Below the pieces are notes generated by a model. That model was given only the letters and a program-made list of their open reading frames with translations. It did not search any database and was not told where the DNA came from. Both the position numbers and the translations under genes were made by a program. From contig JALMLS010000578.1 of NCBI GenBank assembly GCA_038496445.1, forward strand, positions 372,001 to 436,000: DNA of 64,000 nucleotides. Reading direction: 5' to 3'. The stretch is from Trichosphaerium sp. ATCC 40318. Taxonomy: Eukaryota > Protista > Tubulinea. Below are positions 53,999-64,000 of this stretch, in pieces; the stretch's first letter is position 1, and each line of letters starts with the position of its first letter.

Positions 53999-56900
53999 TT
54001 AATTTACGTTGCTCTCAAGACTAGCAATTCGGGCTAGTAGTTTGGTATTTGTTTTCTTCAGCTCTTCTAATTTGGCATTGGACTCTGTAATGATGGTTTT
54101 GTTTTCTTGCTCAAGCTTCTCAATTTTTTCTTTTAATGATGTTAGAAACAGATCTTTAGCGTTTGGCTGTTCAGGTTGATTTGGCTTTGCAGCAGCCCAT
54201 AATTGTCTTTGTAGTAAATTAGAGTCCAGTGGTTTGTACTATCTTACCGTTTAGTGTTGAAATCATTGTCATCAGGCAAGACTGTCTCATTTCCACAAAT
54301 GCTTCGTTTCCTTGGTTTCTTTACAACCTTAACTATGTAGCGTGCTACAGCTTGAACATCTAAATTCTAATTAATAAGTCATGGTGATCAGTTTATATTA
54401 CCTTGAGCCACAACCAACTCATCATATGGATACTCATCAATGTTTTCTTTCACTGCTTCTCCCATGCTGTTTACCACTGCGTAGTGACTTTGGTATCCTG
54501 GTTTGATAGGTCTACCCTGAAAGCTTTTCTTGTCTCCAGGCTTTTCGATTACCTAGTAGCAGTAAATAATGCGTTACAAACATTCTTTCTATACAGGATA
54601 CACATTCCCAGGTGTAACAAAGCTCAGAATTAGTGTTTTTTTAAAAGCACTTGGGTCACAAGAGCAAGCGTATGTAATACTGTTCTATTGTAAATATTAG
54701 AAACTAGTTGGGTGGACAAAAACTTTCTGAAAAAATTCTGAAATATTCTTATTTTCTTTTTTCAGTTAGACAACAGTATTTTTTAGTCATACTGTGAAGT
54801 AAATTCCTTGTCCGTAGTATCCAGCATCTAATGCGCTTGCAGTTCCAAATCCAGCTTTTACAATACTATCAGCTGCCTCAGCAGTTGTTCCATGTACCAT
54901 TAAGACAACCGGCAACTGAGTAATTAGTCAAGTGATAATCATCTTAAATGGTACCTCTGAGCTGTTAGTAGTCAAGGTTTTATGAGAAATTAGATTTTTA
55001 AGCTTGTCAGCAATTTTCTTCCGTGCGTTACTCTTCCAATCGTCTTTACAAAATAACTTGGGTAGTTCTCTAAAAGATGTAATAAATAAATTACCATTCT
55101 CAAAAGTTTCATGATAAGTGAAACGTACTGATGTCTGTGTTTAAGTATTGTGTTGTACATCCCAAAGTTGTGAAGCAATACATCATTGCAAACAAGCTTT
55201 GCTGATACAATTGTTACTCGGTTGTATCCATGCATTTCCGACATCAGATCCAGAAGACACTTAAGTTCTCTTTTAGCCACTTTATCAGTCGTATCAAAGA
55301 GGTCCAGTGTTTTGTAATGTGTCGCTTTTTTTATAAAACCCCTTTTACAACTAAATTAAACATAGCAATAAAGAGTCTGAACATACTGATTGTTGGATCT
55401 ATCCCAGTTACGTGCACACTCTAATCTTGGGTTTAAGTCCCAAGAAGTTTTGCTTGTTAGTCCTAGTTGAGAAGTCAATTGGTAGGAAAAACAGAAACAC
55501 TTGTACCTGCTTTAGTGTTACCTAGTTTAGTATTTGGTACAATAGGCTGAATAGCAGATACGCCACATTTACATCGCACAGAGGTGTCATTGTTAAATTT
55601 CTAGCAATTGTTAATGTTGTTTGGGTTTGTGTTTGTACAATATTTCCACCAAGTGTGTGCTGAGCACATAGACAGCATATGAAATGCTCATCAAACGCTG
55701 TAAAAAATCAAACTGTTGACTTTAAATAGGTACTTATTTGTGCACGTACATTCTTCTGAATTTGGTTGAATGGAGTTTAAACACCACCCTTGTTTCACAC
55801 ATATTTGATCAACTGTACCAGCTTGTAGTTCACAGCTCCAAATATCATCAGGTAGATCAAACAAGATACCTTCCATTAATTCTCCTTGCTGAACCCAAAA
55901 GGTCTATAAATGATATGAGTTATAACAAACTGAGTATCTGTGTACCGAAGATTGAACAAATATGCGATTATAGGAACAAATTAAGGTACAAATACCTTTT
56001 TGTATTGCAAGTTTAAAATAAGAACGTGTTGGCTTTGTGTATTGTTAGTAAACAGTTTTTGAAGATTTAATGATGTACCAAGTACTGTAACCATTTCGCA
56101 AGATTACATCTCCATTGTGGATAGTTGTCTATATGCGCACAAGAAGACCAAAGCATTTGGCTTGCTTGCTTGCCAGTCGGAAAGTGTGATAACAGAGTTT
56201 CAAAGACTTTTGTGTATGCAGGATCATTATCAACCACCTTAATTAATATAGTCTGAAAACCAAACTTTTGGTTGCTCATAGTCCGTGAAAAAACATCACT
56301 GGCATCAGATAAAATAAGAAACACAGAGGTATGTTCCAATTGTCCTAACAACAGTGTTAATTTCTTGATACTGTATACAGTATTGTAATATAGAACCTGC
56401 GTAAAGTAAAGGAGTCCATCCTTTGTTGTCTACTGATTCTACGTTTGCACCTGATTTAATTAGCTCCTCAACAACCATGCTGTGTCCATGTTTGGCTAGT
56501 AGGAAATGAATAAAATGTAGGTAAGATGTGTAGCACCAGCAAGATGTAAAGCGGTACGGCCATCAATATCTGCCGCCTCAATTTTTACTTTTGATCGTAC
56601 CAATACTTTAACAATATTGTTGTGTCCACAACATGCTGAGACATGTGAATAACAAATAGTGTTATGAATGAAAATATTGTACCAGCAGCATGTAAAGTTG
56701 TTTGACCTTTCTTATCTGTAGCGTTGATATCGCCATTGGCTTTGATTAGTAATCTAACCATGCTTATGTGTCCTTTTGATCCTAAAAAAAGTGAGAAATA
56801 CACTTGGAATTGCGTGTTTATGTTTCGAAACCGAGTAGCAAGATAGGACCACAACCAGCTTTAAGAACCTTTTGTTCTATAATTACAATGCGTACCTGCA

Positions 56901-58357
56901 ATATGTAAAGGTGTAAATCCGTCATCATCAACAGCATTGATATCCGCTTTCTCTTTGATTAGTAATTTAGCACTGCTTGTATGTCCAAATGCTAATAAAT
57001 GTGAGTAGCATATATTGTTTCCACAACAATGTACCTGCAACATGTAAAGCTGTCTGTCCTTTGTCATCTGCGATATTGATATCTGCGGTGGCTCTAATCA
57101 GTAATTTAACAATTATTGAGTGTTCGCGAGTTGCTAAGATATGTCAGTTACATTGCATGCTTGTGGCAACAATGTACCAGCAATATGTAACGCTGTCCAT
57201 CCAATATTGTTCCTAGCATTGACATCTACTTTTGCTCTGATCAGCAGTTTGACAATATCAGAATGTCCATACCGTGCTGGCAACAGTGAGTAACATAATT
57301 ATTTACCATACTGACCTGCAAGGCGTAAAGGTGTACATCCATGGTCATCAGCAGCGTTGATAGTTGCCTTCGCCCTGATTAATAACCTAACGATACTTGT
57401 GTATCCACGTGATACTGATACTTGATTAGCACATTGTACACTTACTATCTGCACCTGCAAGATGTAAGGCTATCTGTTTTCTATTATCCGCAGCATTGAC
57501 ATCTACTTTTACTTTGATCAGTATTTTGACAATCTCAGTGTATCCATTCAAAGCTGATACGAGTGAGAAAATACATTTACGACAAACGTACCGGCAACAT
57601 GTAAAGCTGTGCATCTGTTATCATTTGCAAAGTTGACATTTGCGTTTGCTTTGGTCAATAGCGTAACAATACTTGCGTGTCCACGTGATACTGAGCGTTA
57701 TGTGAGTAACGCTCAGTGTACCTTTACAATGTACCTGCCACATGTAAAGCTGTCCATCCTTTATCGTTTGTAGCTTCAACATTTGCTGTTGAACATACAC
57801 ACATCGATACAATAATCGCCAAATCCATAGATACTAAATAATTAGCGTTGATTTCTACTAACGCTTATGCTAACCTGAATACAAAAGGATATCATTGGCT
57901 GTGTCTGGTATACGTAGCGCCTTCTTCAGTCTTTTTTCTAGAAGTTGTAAGTACTTATAGAAATTGCATGCAATATCACTTGTACCTGTTGTAATAGTAT
58001 TGAAACGTCGTTGTTGCCGAAGCGTTCTTAGTTCGGCTATGTGTGGTTAATGTGTAAAAGAAAGATCATGTCATCTTTAGTTTTCAGCAAACAAGCACAA
58101 GTTGTACGATTGTTCGAATAAAATTTCATATCACGTGTTGGCAAAAGTCTTAAAAACGCCCGATTACGCCATTTTGTAAGCACTAAAATGATTGAAACGA
58201 TTTGTATGTGCATAATTTCCTTACCACTCCAAAAAAAAAACTGGTTTACAGTTTTAAATGCAAGCGTATAAAACACAATGATTGTACCTTTTAATTTTTG
58301 CTTATTTGTTAAATTTGCCTCTGCTCCTGCTACTACTGACAGTTTTCGGGGTTCCAT
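53999..58357 (-). CDS. Ankyrin-repeat / degenerate UBR-ZnF / PARP-like ADP-ribosyltransferase / coiled-coil protein
   Basis: Hand-spliced open frame from MEPRKL (58357) through 10 ANK exons to LMVHGT, LDAGYYGQGIYFT, ITYA, TPGNVYPV, GYQSHY, YDELVV and a terminal coiled coil; TAA at 53999-54001. Confidence 0.75.
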
Positions 58358-59293
58358 GCGATAGTAACTATGCACAGATTTTTACACGCCGTTTGCCTTC
58401 TTTCACACGTGATAGTTTAGGGAAACGCTAAACCTTGGTGATACTTACCAGTTGATTTTATAGGTGTGACTGTTGTGTTGTGCTAATTACCTTTGTTTAT
58501 TTTCGAACAAATAGCAAAATATTCGAACAGTTTTTTCACCTTTTCGAACGAATTGTGATGGCGTGTAGCTTCCCAACTTGGTTAGGTTTGAAGGTATGAC
58601 ACGTTCAAAGGGTGACGTTTTATAGTCCCGAAACAAATGGTTTGTAAAAGCAATTAATTTCAATTGATAAGAATACAATAACAAAGCTGCAAGTTTACTA
58701 TTTATTAGGAAAAGAACAGTCAGTTCCTTGAAGCGTACATTTACTAAACGTAATATTATCGCAGCCAGTGTGAAAAAAACTGCTATTTCGGTCAATAAGG
58801 AAATTGCAACTTCTTTCAAAACTATCAAACTTGTCACGCTTCAAATAAAAGTTGACGTTTCTGTTTGCACTTTTTCATGACCGCTACATGTGTTTCTGGT
58901 GTTATGTATACCCCCAATCACTGTAAATGTCATTGTTGTACACATATGTGGGTCCAAAGCGTTAAATAAGAGTTGGTAAAATTGTTGCAAAAATAGAAGC
59001 AAAGTCAGCTTGGTCAATTGGGTTATGGCGCTCAGTTGCCGCTAGGCTCTCGCTGATCAAGAGACAAAACCCAAATCCAAGAACTTGCGTACAAAGTAAT
59101 TTGCAACACCTTCCCATCTCAAGTAGGACAAACAGAGCTCACAATACGAGAATCGTAACGTATGAAATAAACAATAATATCGAGAACGCAATGCTCCTAA
59201 AATACTAGAACGCCTATCGCTGGAACAAGTGAAATAAAAATGCAATGTCAGCGAGTATAGGCACTGATGTTGTGTCATATAATTTCTCCCACT

Positions 59294-60028
59294 TTACTTG
59301 GCAAAAAGTGGTCTGCCGCTATGTATTTTAAAATGTACACCATTAACAGCTGTGTATGTTCCTCGTACACTTCCACAAGGATTGTATTCTATGCAATCAC
59401 CATGCTTTTTACCATTAACATACAAACACTGTGATTCCAGTTGACCATTGAAATACCAATTCAACATCACTCCATGTTTTTTGTTGCCAACACAGTTAGC
59501 TTCAATGGCGATTTTACCATTTCTGTGCCATTGCCGATATAATCCGATCTTACGACCATCAGCATATGTACACTTAAGATCAAGTTGCCCATTAGAAAAC
59601 CATTCTTTACATTCACCAACTTCTTTGCCATCAACATAAGTACATTGAACTTCGAGCTGTCCGTTACTAAACCATTTCTTGTACTCACCAGTTAATTTAC
59701 CTTTGACATACCAACAATGAAGTTTGAGTTGTCCATTCCTATGCCATTCTTTGAGTATTCCATTGTTTAAACCATTAATCTTGCTTTGCTTAGATTTTTG
59801 TTTACCGTTATCATACCACTTCATCCAAAAACCAGTCTGTTTAAGGTCACCATTATAATGTGTATTCGTGGCAGCCTTTTTTGAAAGTGAATTAAACTTT
59901 GTAAATGTTTCTGAGTTAAAAGAACATATGTAACATTGAAGTTCACGTGGAAGGTCTAATATATTAGTTGTAGTACGGATAAGTGATTCTTTGGAACAAG
60001 AAGTTACAGCAGATCTAAACATAGACAT
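59294..60028 (-). CDS. F-box-like + MORN-variant (YwqK-like) repeat protein, single large exon
   Basis: ILDLPRELQCYICSF, then about 6 repeats of G.yk.W(Y/F/H).NGql...c.Y..Gk. Confidence 0.8.
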   Translation of the reverse strand: MSMFRSAVTSCSKESLIRTTTNILDLPRELQCYICSFNSETFTKFNSLSKKAATNTHYNGDLKQTGFWMKWYDNGKQKSKQSKINGLNNGILKEWHRNGQLKLHCWYVKGKLTGEYKKWFSNGQLEVQCTYVDGKEVGECKEWFSNGQLDLKCTYADGRKIGLYRQWHRNGKIAIEANCVGNKKHGVMLNWYFNGQLESQCLYVNGKKHGDCIEYNPCGSVRGTYTAVNGVHFKIHSGRPLFAK

Positions 60029-60036
60029 TAGACTCT

Positions 60037-60722
60037 TTAATCATTTCCTTTGAGCTTTTCAAAAAACACTCCTGGACTTTGTGTAGCTTGTTCACTTATG
60101 TGATATGACGTAAATATAAAAACCCCGTTCTCTTTGTTCCATAGACGGTTTGAAAAAAAGAAGAAAAAAAACACTGTACCTGCCAACAGTAGCGCCCATA
60201 TAATTTCAGACTTTGTTCTACAGCCATTTGTTATTCTACCCTTTCCTCTTTTTAATACACGAACAGTCTTGGCAATCATGGTTTCTAGTTAAATATTAGT
60301 CAAGCAATCCAAAAAAAGAAAGAAAACAGCCAACAAGGAAGTAAACTCGTGACTCGCTAAAATTGCAAAACGGGATAAACCGTGCCTACATTTCCTGATT
60401 GTGCTAGATGTTCAGCCATACTTCCTTGGTCTGTGGAGGCAGATTTACAAATACCCAAGTGCTTAGATACAGCCACTAGGTCCTCAACTGATGCGTTTGT
60501 TTGTAAATAATCCACTAGACGTTCAATTGGTTTAGATAGCTTCGAAACCTTTTTCATGGCCATCATCCTCTTCGCTGATGGTTTATTACGCACTAGAAGG
60601 GTGTTTGGATTAGAATAATGGCACCAAAACGTTCGTTTTAACCGAACTCTTTGTGCCGCTCTTTTTTGAACGTTGTTTACGAAATCCGCGAACACATAGC
60701 AAACAAACATACCTTGGGACAT
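60037..60722 (-). CDS. Spliced exons of unknown function, either a separate small gene or the 5' exons of the F-box/MORN gene
   Basis: MSQ|gt start and GT-AG exons. A phase-1 donor near 60178 is compatible with an in-frame AAG acceptor near 59989. Confidence 0.4.
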
Positions 60723-61042
60723 ATTCTGAAGAAACAGTTAGTTGATCGCGCTTTTTTATGGACTTGATTATATTCTACAATAAGGTTCCAGAGGCGTGGC
60801 AATACACCACAGAGCTTAAAAGTGGACATAAGAATGCAACGGTTACGAAAGTCATAACAATTCTTTCAAGAATCAACAGTTAAATTTGTGTTCTTATCGC
60901 CGCTATCGAGCTGCACTAACGCCAATATACAATTGCGCTTTGGAGTATTGATTTATTGGTATGATTTGTAATAAGTACATGTCTAATTCTCAATTTTTAA
61001 AGAGTCTTCCCATGTGACGGTACAATGTTTTTTCTTTTTTTT

Positions 61043-62251
61043 TTACTTTTTATTGCTCTGTCTTTGCAACGAAAAGTAGACGTTCCAAATCAATGAAACA
61101 ACGTTACCGAAAAGAGTCTAACACGTGTTTTACTATTGGATATTCATAAACAAAAAAAAGTACGTACACGTAAGTGTGGTGGAATAAACTGGAAGTTAAC
61201 AAATTGCACAGGTACCCACCTAAAGAAAAAAAATTAAACAAACAAAAAAATAATATCGCTAAGAACGCCATCTATAACGCTTTGATGATCTTGTAATTTA
61301 AAAAACAAGTACACAATAATACATTCTATCCATTGCGATGCATTTTAAATTGAAATACGTCTCAAAAGAGCAATGCGAAGTGACATTTTTGGCTTTTTTT
61401 TTTTTTTTGGTTCAAAAAGTCTTATTCGTACACTTTCATAGATGTAAGGGAATCATCAATAAGATTGTTTCTGATCTTATCAGGTACTTTATCAAGTGTT
61501 CCATCAAAGATACCGTAAACAATGTAATAGATAGCAAAGAAGATTGGTCCAAAGAAAACTTGATCTAAACAAAAAAAAAGAAATCAGTTGTTATGTCTTG
61601 TTTACAAGATTTCTCAGCTCTAAGACAGTAATCTGGTAAACCAATACCATGTGTAGTACAGCTATAGAGTGTTTAAACGTACCTAGGAACAAAGACACCC
61701 AAATTCTGTATTTTGGCTTCAAGAAAACGTTAAAAGCGATAAAACGGTTTATCCACGTACGTCTACGCCAGCAACAAGCTTTTCAAGTAGTTTGTACCAG
61801 TAGAACAACAATGGCGTTGACACTACCGCACCGAAAGTAACTAAACGCTGTTAGGTTGTTTTATTGAACTACGTTGTGTAGTGCCGAATTTGAAGACGAA
61901 AAAACTTTTGCTGTTGCGCTTTTGCTTCAGCTGTGGTCGACTGTGCGTGTAGCAAGCGAAGAGATAATCTATACGTACCAGATTTTGCTGTGCGTACAAT
62001 GTCATATTTTTTATTGCCAGCGAGGGTTTGCGCTATGGCATCAGCAAGACCGTTTATAAATCCAGATGTTAACGCCTTATTTAACAATTATGAAATGATG
62101 AACTTATACTTCGTACTCTAGTGCGTATAGGATTGGTTTGCAATGATCTAACAGTAAATTTAGCATAAAATAGATCAGTTTAACCGCCAAACCTGAGATA
62201 AGCTGCCCAAAGTAATGTGAGGGTACCTGGAGCTTTAGATTGAACGCTCAT
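61043..62251 (-). CDS. Mpv17/PMP22 family membrane protein
   Basis: LWAAYLRSLQTNPIRTRALTSGFINGLADAIAQ; KFSLDQ; WVPVQFVNFQFIPPHLR; WNVYFS. Confidence 0.85.
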
Positions 62252-62827
62252 AGCGAAGAAAGTGCGGTAGAATTAAAAATACCGTTGGGAGATAAAACGA
62301 AAAAAGTCATGCTGTTTATTTTGTACGCTTCCGCCTTTGTATGGGCCTTACATGCGTAGAAGAGCCAAGTTCGACTATTTGTATGCATTTCAGGAGCGTT
62401 GTGAGCGAGATGCAAAAAGGCCGAAAACAGTGCGAGTTTTCTTTGTAAACACACCAAAAAATGACAACTAACGCTAAAGGAAACTCGCAATATTCGCCTT
62501 TTTTGCCGCAAAGCGGAAATGTTTCAGATGCACTAAAGACGGTGCATGTAAACAGCTATTCAACTGACGTTGTTAAAGCGTCGAGTCATGACTTGACTGA
62601 GTCGCTGTGAGTACATAGCATCAATATCCATTTAGTGCGTCGTAGCACTAAACTGAGCGAAAGACAGTTTAAGGTGTCACGTGTTTATGCCTAAACCAAA
62701 AACCGACAATGTGGGACACCGGACGCATCAGTACAGCACAGTGCGTTCTTCTAATAACTTAATAACTAGTCAAGTAACGTCTCTCAAGCACATTTCGTCC
62801 AAAGCTTTTAGATTCCCAAATAACGCA

Positions 62828-64000
62828 ATGTCAGCAGCATCACTATTCAAAGGTACATCTTTTAACACTCCCCGTTTTACCTATCACGTGACTCATACCC
62901 GTTAGAGTTCACCGCAAAAACTTACAAGGAGCAAGGAAAAGCGTACGTTACTTTGTTTTCACTAGGGCTCTTGTGTTGAAGTGTTTTGCTAGCTTTCTTA
63001 ACGCTTATTGGGGTGAACACCAAGGCACGCAGTATAGGGGTTATAAATACATTCTTTCGCTTACAATAGTGTAGGTGAAGCCGAGAACGTATGGACCTGG
63101 GCAGCAAGTGAGTCATTTTTCTGTTCGTTTTTTTTCTGTTTTGTTTGACACGTGAAAACCAAAGAGTTCGCGGAGCTAGACTTGGACAAAGCCGAACAAG
63201 GGAGTGACTTGGTATGATTTAAAACGTTTTAAAAGGTATAGATGTCTAAGAGACTTGTAGGATGAGTTTAACGCTCATCGTTTCTTGGAGAGTCTCAAGG
63301 AGACTAAAACTGTCAAAGAAATGAGAGTTGAGTTATCTGAAGCTGATTTAGACTTTAACAAGCGAGTTGGTATGCTTTACTGAAGATTGCTCATCCTGAC
63401 TCACTAATGCACCCTTTAGCGCTTATTGAGTACTGTATTTGGCGCTTCGGCCATACTGTGAGCGACTTTGTGAAACGTCCTCAGGTGGGTTTTTGTTCGA
63501 GATTTCTCCTTTTAGTTAACCTTTTTTCCTACAGGGTGGAAACGCAGAGGGTATATATACACCTTAATGTTATTGTACTTATATTGTAAACAGAGATTAA
63601 CAGATGTACGAAGATGATGGAGGAAGTACAATCTCTTCTTGCGTCAGCTATTGAAAAACGTGACAGCGCAGCAAAGGCTGAAGGTATGAACATGACTCAC
63701 GATTCACAACAACAAAAACTAAACGCCTAAATATAGCCGAACTAAAAGCAGCTCTTGCGGAGCTCAAAGCTCAAGAGGATGCGTACCACCAAAAGACCGA
63801 AACATTAAAGGCTAAGGTAAGACTAGACGGGCACGTGTTAAATACTGAAACTGTGAACATAGAGCGAACAAGGAGGTGTTGTTTCAAGAAACAGAGCTAA
63901 AGCTGAACTCGCTCAGCACTTAGGTACGTATAAATCAAATCGTCTTCAGTTTTTAGTTTCTACTTCATCGTTATTGATTAATTTCGTATAGCTGAGGATC
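62828..64000 (+). CDS. ABP34-like calcium-regulated actin-bundling family protein (continues past window)
   Basis: YKEQGKAFLNAYW; LDEFNAHRFLE; EF-hand-like ADLDFNKR..LIEY; ELKAQEDA..GGVVSRNRAKAELAQHL. Confidence 0.7.

Noticed and set aside
1-64000. Endogenous giant-virus insertion
   Set aside because: No capsid, polymerase or packaging ATPase. Virus-like repeat genes are scattered among intron-rich housekeeping genes.
1-64000. Alternative genetic code or mass pseudogenisation suggested by short ORFs
   Set aside because: In the genes traced, stops fall inside GT/GC-AG introns and spliced frames are open under the standard code.

Overview
AT-rich (roughly 35% GC by eye), gene-dense eukaryotic DNA with many short spliceosomal introns (mostly 40-100 nt). 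It is probably from an amoeboid protist, given an ABP34-like actin bundler and the RasGAP/Ras and F-box content. The ORF track breaks nearly every gene into fragments, so I spliced models by hand. About 23 protein genes result: RasGAP (3' end), DUF1772, two F-box/LRR genes, a tandem UBL..F-box pair, a 2-oxoglutarate carrier, a cpYpsA/SLOG protein, two paralogous secreted proteins, an AA12-like PQQ dehydrogenase, an IDS-like sulfatase, an atypical Ras, EEF2KMT, ALIX, an orphan coiled-coil protein, a GT7-like glycosyltransferase, a mucin-like surface protein, a myristoylated kinase-UBR-SPRY-SH3 protein, an F-box/MORN gene, Mpv17/PMP22 and ABP34-like (5' end). Two highlights. (1) A gene whose catalytic domain is absent from the ORF track joins 10 single-exon ankyrin repeats, a degenerate UBR-type Zn finger and an H-Y-E PARP-like ADP-ribosyltransferase. 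(2) The palindrome CACGTG is about 10-fold over-represented across introns, exons and intergenic DNA. No tRNA, rRNA or CRISPR array was seen. All exon boundaries and counts are manual and need RNA-seq or computational confirmation.
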